Positions 19,522 to 28,616 of a DNA stretch of 44,045 nt are shown here, in pieces. Origin of the DNA: an uncultured Gammaproteobacteria bacterium (GTDB taxonomy: Bacteria > Pseudomonadota > Gammaproteobacteria > Pseudomonadales > UBA5518); contig CAJADV010000404.1 in assembly GCA_903938575.1 (NCBI GenBank), positions 1-44,045 of the forward strand. Direction: 5' to 3'. Made by a program: the position numbers and the translations under genes. The notes beneath the pieces are model-generated. The model had not been told where the DNA came from. It did not search any database and saw only the letters and a list, made by a program, of their open reading frames with translations. The stretch's first letter is position 1, and each line of letters opens with the position of its first letter.

Positions 19522-21387
19522 ATGCTCGTGCTGGTCATCGGCCTCGTGCTCGTTACGCAGGCAGTGGCATTCCTGCTGGTCAGCGTCGCCACCACACGCA
19601 ATGCCACCCGGCAGATTGCTGCCAGCCTTGATGCGGGTGCTGGCGTTTTCCGCCGCCTCATCGACGAGCGCAGCGCCGGCCTTGTCGGCAATGCGCGCCT
19701 GTTATCCGGTGATTTCGCCTTCAAGCAGGCCTTCGCCAGCGATGATCACGGCACCATTCTCTCGGCCATGGAGAACCATCTCCAGCGGATCGATGCCGAC
19801 ACCATGATCCTGGTTGACCCGGACGGACGGGTTATCGCGAGCACGGTTTCGGTCGGGCCCCAGGGCAGCCGCGCGCCATGGGACGGGCTGCTTGCGCGCG
19901 CCAGTGCGGATGACTACGGCGAGGGCAGCGGTATCGTTGAAATCGGCGGCGTACTGCAGCAAGTGACAGTGGTGCCGCTCTTCACGCCGGAGCCCAGCGC
20001 CTGGATCCTCTTCGGTTTCGCGATCGACGATGCATTCGCCCGAGCGCTTGGCAAGATTTCCGAGGTGAGCGTGCTGTCGCGCCGCAGCGACGGCAGCTGG
20101 GATGCCGTTGCCTCGACCATGGCGCCGGCGACGCGTGACGCGCTGGTGAAGGCCTTGGGTCACGCGCCCGCGGGTACCGGTGTGCGCACCGAGAGTCTGG
20201 CTGGCGAGGACTACGTCCTGCTGCCCGCGACGCTCGATCCCCGTGCCGAGATGGATGCGGTCGCCGTGCTCGCCCGCTCGCTGCACGCCGAATTGGCACC
20301 CTACCGCAGGCTGATGGCGTCACTGGCTGCGCTGCTCGGTGCCGGTGTTGCGGTGGCGGTAGTGGCCGCCGTGCTGATTGCCCGCAGCGTGACAGGTCCG
20401 GTCCTCGAGCTGGCGCGTGGCGTGCGGCGGATCGCCGGGGGTGACTACGCGGGGCGGATGGATATTCCCGGGCGTGACGAGATCAGCGAGCTCTCACAGT
20501 CGTTCAACCAGATGGCCGGTGGACTTGAGGATCGTGAGCGGGTGCGGGCCTTGCTGGGGAGGGTTGTCTCGCCCGCCATCGCCGAGGAGTTGCTGCGACG
20601 CCCCATCCAGCTCGGTGGCGAGGAGCGCGAGGTCACCGTGCTGTTTGTCGATATCCGCGGTTTCACGGCGCGCTGTGAAGGCACATCGCCTGCGGAGGTG
20701 CTCGCCTTGTTGAACCGTTATCTCACCCGTGTCACCGAGGCGATCGAGGCCGAGGGCGGCGTGGTGGACAAATACATCGGCGATGCGGTGATGGCGCTGT
20801 ATGGCGCGCCACTCGCCAATCCCGATCACGCTGCGCGTGCGGTGCGTGGCGCGCTCGGCATCCTGAGCGCGGTTGCGCTACTGAACACCGAGCTTGCCGC
20901 CGAGAGCGAGGCGCCGCTCGCCGTTGGCGTGGGCATCAATACTGCCGCCGTCGTTGCGGGCAATATGGGCAGCGCCTCGCGCATGAACTACACCGTGATC
21001 GGCGACGGCGTGAACATCGCCTCGCGGGTGGAGGGGCTGTGCCCTTTCTACGGCGCCGGGATCCTGGTGAGCGACGCCACCCGCGTGGCCTCACCTGGCA
21101 TGCCGTTTCGTGAGATCGATCGCGTGCGCGTGAAGGGCCGAATTGAGCCAGTGGTGATACACGAACCCATGGGGGCCGGAGCACGGACAGATCTCGTGGC
21201 TTATGCGGCCGCGCTCGCGCTGTATCAGAGTGGCGATTTTGCGCGGGCAGGGCAGGCGTTTGCCTCATTGCTTGAGGCCGATCCCGAAGACGCCGTTTGC
21301 GCCTTCCATGTGCGGCGTTGCGCGCAGATGCTGCGCGAAGGGCCGCTGCCCGGGTGGAACGGCGTGCATGAACACCGTAGCAAGTGA
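19522..21387 (+). CDS. Membrane class III adenylate cyclase (TM - periplasmic Cache-like sensor - TM - HAMP - cyclase); start may be CTG 19477
   Basis: HAMP GPVLELARGVRRIAGGDY...DEISELSQSFNQM; cyclase LFVDIRGFT, DKYIGDAVMA and YTVIGDGVNIASRVEG (Lys/Thr ATP-specifying pair). Confidence 0.9.
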   Translation: MLVLVIGLVLVTQAVAFLLVSVATTRNATRQIAASLDAGAGVFRRLIDERSAGLVGNARLLSGDFAFKQAFASDDHGTILSAMENHLQRIDADTMILVDPDGRVIASTVSVGPQGSRAPWDGLLARASADDYGEGSGIVEIGGVLQQVTVVPLFTPEPSAWILFGFAIDDAFARALGKISEVSVLSRRSDGSWDAVASTMAPATRDALVKALGHAPAGTGVRTESLAGEDYVLLPATLDPRAEMDAVAVLARSLHAELAPYRRLMASLAALLGAGVAVAVVAAVLIARSVTGPVLELARGVRRIAGGDYAGRMDIPGRDEISELSQSFNQMAGGLEDRERVRALLGRVVSPAIAEELLRRPIQLGGEEREVTVLFVDIRGFTARCEGTSPAEVLALLNRYLTRVTEAIEAEGGVVDKYIGDAVMALYGAPLANPDHAARAVRGALGILSAVALLNTELAAESEAPLAVGVGINTAAVVAGNMGSASRMNYTVIGDGVNIASRVEGLCPFYGAGILVSDATRVASPGMPFREIDRVRVKGRIEPVVIHEPMGAGARTDLVAYAAALALYQSGDFARAGQAFASLLEADPEDAVCAFHVRRCAQMLREGPLPGWNGVHEHRSK

Positions 21388-22651
21388 GCCTCGCGTCGGC
21401 GCCCTTGTCGGGCGCTTGCGCGAGATCGGCGTGCAGTTGCGCGACACGCGCTCCTTCTGGCAACCCAACGCCTTTCGCAGCCCACGTCTTGCGTGGGAGG
21501 AGACGCTTCCTGATTTGTCAGCGGCACTGCGCGCCCTCGATCCCGCTGCAATCGCAAGGCTCCAGGGTGATCCGCTTGCCCATGACCAGTTCCTCGCGCC
21601 CTGGTTTCCGGTGGCACACTGGCGCGAACTCGAGCAGGTGGCCACGGCGGTGCAGCGTCCACTCGCGCCCTGGCCGCGTGACGGCAACCGCGACGTGCCG
21701 GGGCGCAAGTGGTCCCAGGTGGTGTCTTTCGCAGCTGCCGTCGAGCCCGTGCAGCGTCTGCGCTGCGTGGACTGGTGCGCCGGCAAGGCCCATCTGGCAC
21801 GCGCGCTTGCCGTCCAGTGGGGCAACCCGGGCTTCGTTGCGTTGGAGCGTGATCGTGCACTCGTTGAGGCGGGTGCATCGCTAGCCGGTCGCGCTGGCCT
21901 CGACGTGCGCACGGTTGGCTGTGATGTGATGGGAGAGGGGGTGCGGAGGTGGGTTGAGGACTCCGCGCATCTGGTCGCGCTCCATGCCTGCGGGCCGCTG
22001 CATCGACGCCTGCTCGATCTGGCGCTTGTTGCCGCAGCCCCGGCTCTCAGTCTCGCTCCCTGCTGTTATCACCTGGGCACGGACGGGCATCTGCCGCGCT
22101 CAGGGGCGGGTCGTGAGTGCTCGCCGGGGCTTCAGGCGGATGATCTGCGCACGGCCGTACAGGAGTCCGTCACGGCCGGTGGTCATGCGCGTCGGCGCCG
22201 CGAAAAACTGCAGGCTTGGCAGCTTGGCGTCGATGCTCTGCTGCGCGACAACAATCCGGGGTCGCAGTACCTGCCGCTGCCGTCGGTTCCGGCCGTCGTG
22301 CTCGCCGGGGATTTTGCGGGGTTTTGCGCTTTCGTTGCCGAGCGCAAGGGGCTGCGTCTGCCGCAGGAGCTGCGCCATGCGCACTGGGAGGCGAGAGGGC
22401 ATCAGCGGTTCTGGGAGGTGAGTGCACTCGATCTGGTGCGTCAGCGCTTCCGCCGGCTGATCGAACTCTGGGTTGTGCTCGATCTGGCGGTTGCACTGGA
22501 AGAGGGAGGCTACCGGGTACGGCTCGAAACCTTCTGCGAGCGGTCGGTCAGCCCGCGGAACCTGCTGCTGCAGGCTCGCCTCGAGTCGCTCTCGTCGTGT
22601 TCAGCGGGTCCATTGACGCCTCAGGCCAGCGCGGAGCAGCACCACGCCTAG
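21368..22651 (+). CDS. SAM-dependent methyltransferase (Methyltransf_32-like)
   Basis: VPGRKWSQV, VDWCAGKAHL, VALHACGPLH, LAPCCYH and SPRNLLL motifs. Confidence 0.82.
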   Translation: MNTVASEPRVGALVGRLREIGVQLRDTRSFWQPNAFRSPRLAWEETLPDLSAALRALDPAAIARLQGDPLAHDQFLAPWFPVAHWRELEQVATAVQRPLAPWPRDGNRDVPGRKWSQVVSFAAAVEPVQRLRCVDWCAGKAHLARALAVQWGNPGFVALERDRALVEAGASLAGRAGLDVRTVGCDVMGEGVRRWVEDSAHLVALHACGPLHRRLLDLALVAAAPALSLAPCCYHLGTDGHLPRSGAGRECSPGLQADDLRTAVQESVTAGGHARRRREKLQAWQLGVDALLRDNNPGSQYLPLPSVPAVVLAGDFAGFCAFVAERKGLRLPQELRHAHWEARGHQRFWEVSALDLVRQRFRRLIELWVVLDLAVALEEGGYRVRLETFCERSVSPRNLLLQARLESLSSCSAGPLTPQASAEQHHA

Positions 22652-23770
22652 CAGCGCAGATCCCGCGGAGCCGAGCAGGATGCCCACGCGTTCGTCCACG
22701 CCCTCACCCAGGCTGCCCGGCTCGAACGCGAGCGAGCCTATGAACAGGCTCATCGTGAAGCCGATGCCGGTCAGGCAGGCCACACCCAGGAACATCAACA
22801 GATTGCTGCGCTCGGGCAGGCGTGCGAGGCCCAGTGCGATCGCCGCACCGCTGCACAGGAGCACGCCCACCGGTTTGCCGAGCAGCAGCCCCAGTGTCAC
22901 GCCCAGAGGGACCGGGTGGGTGAGTACATCAGCGCCCAGGCCGAACAACGAGACGCCGCAGTTGGCCAGCGCGAACAGCGGGAGAATCACGTACGACACG
23001 GTGCCACGAAGCCCATGCTCCAGATCCTTGAGCATCGAGGCGCCATCGGGTGTGCGGTTCGGGATGAACATCGCGAGCACCACGCCCGCAAGTGTCGCGT
23101 GAACACCGGATTTGAGCACCGAGAGCCACATCACCATGCCGAGCAGAAGGTACGGAGCGGCGCTGCGCACGCCATAGCGGTTGAGGCAAAACAGCGCGGC
23201 GCAGCAACCACCCGCGATCGCAAGCGAGAGTGGTGCGATATCGGCCGTGTAGAACAGCGCGATGATCACGATCGCGCCGATGTCATCGACGATCGCGAGC
23301 GTGACGAGGAAGAGTTTGAGCGACGAGGGAACCGAGCGCCCCACCAGCGTCAGCACCCCGAGCGCGAAGGCGATGTCAGTGGCGGTGGGAATCGCCCAGC
23401 CGCGCATGGCCAGGGCGTTGCCGTGGTTCAGTGCCACGTAGACCAGTGCCGGCACCACCATGCCGCCGAGTGCGGCGAAAGCGGGCAGGGCGATCTTGCG
23501 AGCGCTCGAGAGCTCTCCCTCCAGCACTTCGCGTTTCAGCTCCAGCCCTATCGTGAAGAAAAAAATCGCCATCAGGCAGTCGTTAATCCACAGCAGCAGG
23601 GGTTTCTCGATGTTCAGTTCATGCACCCTCACCTGCAGGTCGAGGCTGAAAAACGCGAGGTAGGCGTCGTGCAGAGGGGAGTTCGCCAGCACCAGGGCAA
23701 CGGCACCCGCCATCATCATCAGGATGCCCGCGCCGGATTCGGAGGCAAGCATTTCGCGCAGTGCTTTCAT
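22601..23770 (-). CDS. nhaA: Na+/H+ antiporter NhaA
   Basis: WINDCLMAIFFFTIGLELKRE, GWAIPTATDIAFALG, LAIVDDIGA, SGVHATLAG and GIGFTMSLFI motifs. Confidence 0.95.
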   Translation of the reverse strand: MKALREMLASESGAGILMMMAGAVALVLANSPLHDAYLAFFSLDLQVRVHELNIEKPLLLWINDCLMAIFFFTIGLELKREVLEGELSSARKIALPAFAALGGMVVPALVYVALNHGNALAMRGWAIPTATDIAFALGVLTLVGRSVPSSLKLFLVTLAIVDDIGAIVIIALFYTADIAPLSLAIAGGCCAALFCLNRYGVRSAAPYLLLGMVMWLSVLKSGVHATLAGVVLAMFIPNRTPDGASMLKDLEHGLRGTVSYVILPLFALANCGVSLFGLGADVLTHPVPLGVTLGLLLGKPVGVLLCSGAAIALGLARLPERSNLLMFLGVACLTGIGFTMSLFIGSLAFEPGSLGEGVDERVGILLGSAGSALLGVVLLRAGLRRQWTR

Positions 23771-23822
23771 GTACCAGTTCCACCAGGATGATCGGGCAGT
23801 GTAGGGGTCGCGTGTCACCGCG

Positions 23823-24470
23823 TCACGCGCTGCGCAGTGGTGCGAGCAGCACACTCACGGTGGTTCCCCAGCCCGGTTCCGAGGCAATGCGTATGTGTCC
23901 GCCATGGGCTGCGGCGATGCGGCTCGCCGTGGCCAGCCCGAGCCCCATGCGCTGCGCCGGGTGGCGCTCCCGATGCGGCGGCGCGATGCTGCGGAAGGGC
24001 AGGCAGACTGTGCTGCCCTGTGCGGGGTCTATGCCGCATCCGTTGTCACGCAGGTACAGACTGCATCCCGGACGAGACCCGAGTTCCAGGCGTATCTCGG
24101 CGCGGTGCATGGCGTGGCGTATCGCGTTGTCGATCAATTCATGCAGGAGAATCTGCAGCATGGCCGCGTCTGCATGAATCACGCAGTGATCAGGATGTTC
24201 CACAACCACGGCGGGCGTGGCTGGTCGTAGCAGAGCGACGTTCTCGATGAACATGGCGATGAGGTCCAGCGGCTCCGGTGCGGGCGTCGTCGCTGCCTCG
24301 ACGTAGTGACAGAGCGAGCGCAGCAGAGGATCCCGGATGGTGCGTGTTTCTCGTCGCGGATACTCCTCGGCCCACTGCCGGAGCAGCTGCTCGAGGCGAT
24401 CGGCTCCGATCAGCTCCTGCGCCTGACTGCGCTCCGCGGCGTTCAGTGGGCAGAAATCCGCAGCCATCAC
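23823..24470 (-). CDS. Stand-alone HATPase_c (histidine-kinase-like ATPase) protein without an evident H-box
   Basis: N box ELIDNAIRH, G1 RDNGCGID, F box PF, G2 GLGLATASRIAAAHGG; short N-terminus with no TM or HisKA motif. Confidence 0.7.
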   Translation of the reverse strand: MMAADFCPLNAAERSQAQELIGADRLEQLLRQWAEEYPRRETRTIRDPLLRSLCHYVEAATTPAPEPLDLIAMFIENVALLRPATPAVVVEHPDHCVIHADAAMLQILLHELIDNAIRHAMHRAEIRLELGSRPGCSLYLRDNGCGIDPAQGSTVCLPFRSIAPPHRERHPAQRMGLGLATASRIAAAHGGHIRIASEPGWGTTVSVLLAPLRSA

Positions 24471-24482
24471 GCCTTAGCCACC

Positions 24483-25913
24483 TCAGGACTTGCGCGGCGC
24501 GCGCCGTTTCGGGGTGGTCCCGGTCATCAGGTCTGCGAGGGCCTGGAGCAGGGCGGCGCGATCCTCGGGTGTCTCGCGTGTGGATGCGAACAGGTGGCTC
24601 GGGTGTGGTTCGCGATCGAGCCAGAAGGCACCGCTTTGCTGCGCCGCCTCGGTAGCCGCCGCGAGCCACACCACGGTGTCCGCGCCCTGTTCGGGCGTGC
24701 GCAGCAGCGGACGGGTCAGGCGCCGAAATGCGGGGAGCGCGGATGCCACACCCGGTGTGTCGGCCCAGCCCGGATGCATCGCGTTTACCACGATGTTTTC
24801 CTCACGCCAGCGTTTGGCCCACTCTTCGGTGAGGATCATCAGTCCGCGCTTCGCGCGCGCATAGGCTACCGATCCGGAATAGGTGCCGCGTTCGCTCTGC
24901 AGGTCGCGCACGCGAATGCGCTGGGAAAGCATGCCTCCCGATAGCACGTTCACCACGCGTGAACGTTGGGCCGCTGCAAGCAGGGGGTGCAAGCGCTCGG
25001 TGAGGATGAAAGGACCCAGCAACAGCAGGGCAAAGCTTTTTTCGAGATTTTCAGCGGTGGTCTGGCGAGGGTTGAAGAGGGCGCCGGCGTTGTTGATAAG
25101 CGCGTCAATGGGATGGCCCGCGCGCAGTAATCGCTTGGCCAGCGCATGCACGTCTGCCATCAGGCTGAGATCGGCGGTCTCGGTGCCGATGCGTGCGTTG
25201 CCTGTTGCGGCGCGGAGCGTGGCCGCCACGGACTTCAGCTTGGCCGACTCGCGGCCGACCAGCGTGAGCTTCGCGCCCATCGAGGCGAGTGATCTGGACG
25301 CAGCGAGACCTATACCCGAGGTAGCGCCCGTCAGCACGATATGCCGGTCACCGAGCCACGCCGAGACGGGCTTCCAGCGTCGTCGCGCTCGCTGGTAACC
25401 GAAGCGGGTGAAGCCCAGCATCCCCGGGAGGATCAGCCGGTCAGCCAGGGCGTGGCGCTCCGCATCCGCGGGTGCGGTATAGGCGTCTTCCAGCGCACGG
25501 CGCAGCCCCTGCATGGCGCTCTTGCCGACGCCCTGCATGACGCCGGGAAAGCGTCTGGAAAGCGCGGCAAGCGAGGCCGGGAAACTGAAGCGTGCGATGT
25601 AACGGATGCGGGTGCCGTCAGGCGTGGCCTCGAAGAGGATTTCCTCGCGGGCCGAGAAAAAACGGGATTCAACCTGCATCAGCATCTGCGCGAGGGGCCT
25701 GAACTCGATCACGGTGTAGTGCAGGGAGAAGCCCGCTTTCATGTCGACGCGATATTCGCTGCCCACCCCCGGAGGCCCGGCCGAGAGTGTGGTGGCGCTG
25801 CGCACGCCGGGATCCCATTGCTCGATACGGGAGAAATCCGCAACGTAGGCGAATGTCTCCTGCAGTGCGCGCGGGACCTCGATGGATTCGTCCAGAACGA
25901 TCTCATGGCTCAT
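24483..25913 (-). CDS. SRPBCC/START-like domain fused to a short-chain dehydrogenase
   Basis: N-terminal FAYVADFSRIEQWDPGV; SDR TGATSGIG, LINNAG, YARAK and AMHPGWADTPG motifs. Confidence 0.85.
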   Translation of the reverse strand: MSHEIVLDESIEVPRALQETFAYVADFSRIEQWDPGVRSATTLSAGPPGVGSEYRVDMKAGFSLHYTVIEFRPLAQMLMQVESRFFSAREEILFEATPDGTRIRYIARFSFPASLAALSRRFPGVMQGVGKSAMQGLRRALEDAYTAPADAERHALADRLILPGMLGFTRFGYQRARRRWKPVSAWLGDRHIVLTGATSGIGLAASRSLASMGAKLTLVGRESAKLKSVAATLRAATGNARIGTETADLSLMADVHALAKRLLRAGHPIDALINNAGALFNPRQTTAENLEKSFALLLLGPFILTERLHPLLAAAQRSRVVNVLSGGMLSQRIRVRDLQSERGTYSGSVAYARAKRGLMILTEEWAKRWREENIVVNAMHPGWADTPGVASALPAFRRLTRPLLRTPEQGADTVVWLAAATEAAQQSGAFWLDREPHPSHLFASTRETPEDRAALLQALADLMTGTTPKRRAPRKS

Positions 25914-26683
25914 GTGTTTTGCCGCGGACAGGTAGATGACGAGTTCACGAGAACGGTTGCCGGCGCTGTTTCAGCCGGTTTTCCCGCCTCCGAGTCCAGT
26001 GTGTGTCGGTGGTAGCGGATTTCGACGTCGAGGTCACCGCCCTCGCCGTCGCTGATGTTGGAGGGGCCGCGATAGAGCAGCAATTCCCCGCTCTCGCTGT
26101 AGCCAAGCAGGATTCCCGAGGTGAAAAGTCTGAAGAGCCCCTGCACGGGTTCGACGCGGAACCAGTCAGCGATTCCGCTTTCCGCGATCGCGTTTTCCTC
26201 GCGCCGTATGCGCATGTCGATAGTGGACAGCCTTGCCGGAAGGGCGAACTCGAAGCCTATGGTGTCGCCGGCCAGCAAACTGTCCCGGTGTTTGCGGACG
26301 AAGCGGTCAAAGCCCGAGCTTGCGACCAGCGTGCCCTCGGGCCGTATGGCGGTCTCACGTCCATCCTTCACCAGCATGTAATCCTCGCCTGCCCAATACC
26401 CTCCCACCACCTTGCCGCTGCGAAGGTCGTGCTGCTCCCATGCCGGGGCGCTGTCGCTGCAGGTGTAGTCGAGTTGCTTTTTGGCAAGTAGCACGCCATT
26501 CAGGTCGCTGTAGCTGATGCGGTGATGTAATGCGGAGATCTCGTGGGTTTCGTGATAGATCTCGGTGCGCTCGGGAAGCCGCAGCGCGATGCCCTCTACG
26601 ACCTCGGTGCCGGCCAGAGCGATGGTGCTTGCGGTGATCATCAAGACAACCGCGGCCAGTGAAGCGCAAAGCCGGTGTTTCAT
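25910..26683 (-). CDS. Exported hypothetical protein in the sigmaE operon
   Basis: Signal peptide MKHRLCASLAAVVLMITASTIALA; ATGA-coupled to both neighbours. Confidence 0.75.
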   Translation of the reverse strand: MKHRLCASLAAVVLMITASTIALAGTEVVEGIALRLPERTEIYHETHEISALHHRISYSDLNGVLLAKKQLDYTCSDSAPAWEQHDLRSGKVVGGYWAGEDYMLVKDGRETAIRPEGTLVASSGFDRFVRKHRDSLLAGDTIGFEFALPARLSTIDMRIRREENAIAESGIADWFRVEPVQGLFRLFTSGILLGYSESGELLLYRGPSNISDGEGGDLDVEIRYHRHTLDSEAGKPAETAPATVLVNSSSTCPRQNT

Positions 26684-27192
26684 GAGGAGACGCCTTCTGC
26701 GTTGCTACCACGCGCCAGACGTGCAAGCAGCGGCAGCAGCACAGCCCAAGCAGGCGCCATCGCGAGGGCGACGATGCTGTCCGGGTGCGTCGTTTCCGCG
26801 GCACCCAGGCGCATACCGGCGATGTAGCTGAGCGGCCCGCTGAGTGCCCCCAGAGCAGCTGCCAGCAACAGCCTGTCCTGCAGGAAGGCAAGCGAGCGGA
26901 ACAGGGTTCCCGCGAACATCAGCCACAGCACCACCAGCCAGCCGGGCGTGGTCCAGACAAGCTGTCCCTTGAAGGTCAGCACACCCAGAAGCTGCCAGCC
27001 GAGATCCATCGCAAGCCCGATCGCCGCGCAAAGCAGGATCATTCGCCACTCGCGGGTCGAACGCCGACCGGGCCAGGTCACCTGCAGCGGCACCAGAATC
27101 ACGGCAGCGAGCAGGGCACCCCGATTGCCACCGGCGACGCAACAGAGCCATCCCAATTGGAACACGATTCCATCGCGCAGCGCCGGGTTCAT
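26680..27192 (-). CDS. DUF2878 family membrane protein
   Basis: FQLGWLCCV, PGWLVVLWLMFA and GPLSYIAGMRLGA motifs; usual neighbour of cfa/DUF1365. Confidence 0.82.
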   Translation of the reverse strand: MNPALRDGIVFQLGWLCCVAGGNRGALLAAVILVPLQVTWPGRRSTREWRMILLCAAIGLAMDLGWQLLGVLTFKGQLVWTTPGWLVVLWLMFAGTLFRSLAFLQDRLLLAAALGALSGPLSYIAGMRLGAAETTHPDSIVALAMAPAWAVLLPLLARLARGSNAEGVSS

Positions 27193-28616
27193 CCGCGGGC
27201 GTCCTCGGCGGCTTCGATGCCCGCGTTGCGGAACGCGCTCATCACGCGTTCGCGGGCTGCACGGGTGTCGAGCATGGGCGCCGGATAGCCGGCGGCCAGG
27301 AGCTCCGGGTGGCCTGGCTTCAACAGCGCCTTGCGGCTGCAGTTGGCGATCTCCGGCAGGTATTCCCTCACGAATACGCCCTCCGAATCGAAGCGTACCG
27401 CCTGGCGTTCCGGACTCAGGATCCGGAAGTAGGGCGCCGCGTCGGTACCCGTCGATGCCGACCACTGCCAGCCGCCGTTGTTCGCGGCCAGCTCGCCGTC
27501 CACCAGCTCTTCCATGAAACAGCGCTCGCCGCGACGCCAGTCGATCAGCAGATGTTTTGACAGGAACATGCCTGCCAGCATTCGCAGCCGGTTGTGCATC
27601 CATCCCGTTGCAGACAGTTGACGCATGGCGGCGTCCACCAGCGGAAATCCGGTAAGGCCGTCGCGCCAGCGGTTGAAGTCAGCCTCGTCCTGTCGCCAGG
27701 AGATCCGGTCGGTGTCAGGGCGGAACGGGCGATTCCGGCTCACGGCCGGAAAGGCTTGCAGGATGTGCGAGTAGAACTCGCGCCAGATCAGTTCGTTGAT
27801 CCAGATCTGTGCCCCCTGGCTGCCGCTGTCCCACTCGCCGTGATTCGCCGCCAACGCAGCCTGCAGGCAGCGCCGTACCGAAAGTACGCCGACCGCGAGA
27901 TAGGGAGACAGGCGGGAGGTGCCATCCAGCGCGGGGATGTCGCGATCAACGTTGTAGCGATGAATCCTGTCGGTGCAGAAATCCGCCAGACGGTCGTGCG
28001 CGGCCTCCTCGCCAACGGGCCACCAAACAGGGTCAAGTGTTGCATCCGGCGGCTCCCATGCGGGAAGCGGCGGTGGTTCCACGGGCGGGCCAGCCTCCGG
28101 CGCCGACATGCAGCTCGGGCTGTCGACGCGCACCAATTCGAGCCAGGCGCGACGGAACGGCGAATAGACCTTGAAGGCCGCGCCTTCGCGGGTGCGCACA
28201 CTCCCCGGCGGCAGCAGGCAATAATCCTGCAGCAGCCGCCATCCGATACCGGCTCCCGCGAGTGCCGCTGCAACGCGCACATCACGCTCGGTCTCGTCTG
28301 CGCCGTACTCGGCGCTGGCGATGACACAGGAGCCGTGACGCTCGCGCGCGAAGTCGAGCAGTGCTTGCCCGGCATCACTGAAACGCGGTGCGCGCAGCAC
28401 CCAGAGCTCGATACCGCGCCGCGCCAGCGCCGCGCGCAGCGCGAGCACATGGCGCCAGACGAACTGCTGCTTGCGCGCCCCCCAGTCGTGGCGCTGCCAC
28501 TGTGCATCGGCGAGCAGAAACAGCCCGATCACGCGCTCGCCGGTGGCACAGGCCGCTGACAGTGCCGCGTTGTCATCGCAGCGCAGATCCGAACGGAACC
28601 AGACGATGGTGCTCAT
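27189..28616 (-). CDS. phrB: Deoxyribodipyrimidine (class I CPD) photolyase
   Basis: WFRSDLRCDDN, TSRLSPYL, ELIWREFY, GWMHNRLRM and NNGGWQWSASTGTDAAPYFR motifs. Confidence 0.93.
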   Translation of the reverse strand: MSTIVWFRSDLRCDDNAALSAACATGERVIGLFLLADAQWQRHDWGARKQQFVWRHVLALRAALARRGIELWVLRAPRFSDAGQALLDFARERHGSCVIASAEYGADETERDVRVAAALAGAGIGWRLLQDYCLLPPGSVRTREGAAFKVYSPFRRAWLELVRVDSPSCMSAPEAGPPVEPPPLPAWEPPDATLDPVWWPVGEEAAHDRLADFCTDRIHRYNVDRDIPALDGTSRLSPYLAVGVLSVRRCLQAALAANHGEWDSGSQGAQIWINELIWREFYSHILQAFPAVSRNRPFRPDTDRISWRQDEADFNRWRDGLTGFPLVDAAMRQLSATGWMHNRLRMLAGMFLSKHLLIDWRRGERCFMEELVDGELAANNGGWQWSASTGTDAAPYFRILSPERQAVRFDSEGVFVREYLPEIANCSRKALLKPGHPELLAAGYPAPMLDTRAARERVMSAFRNAGIEAAEDARG

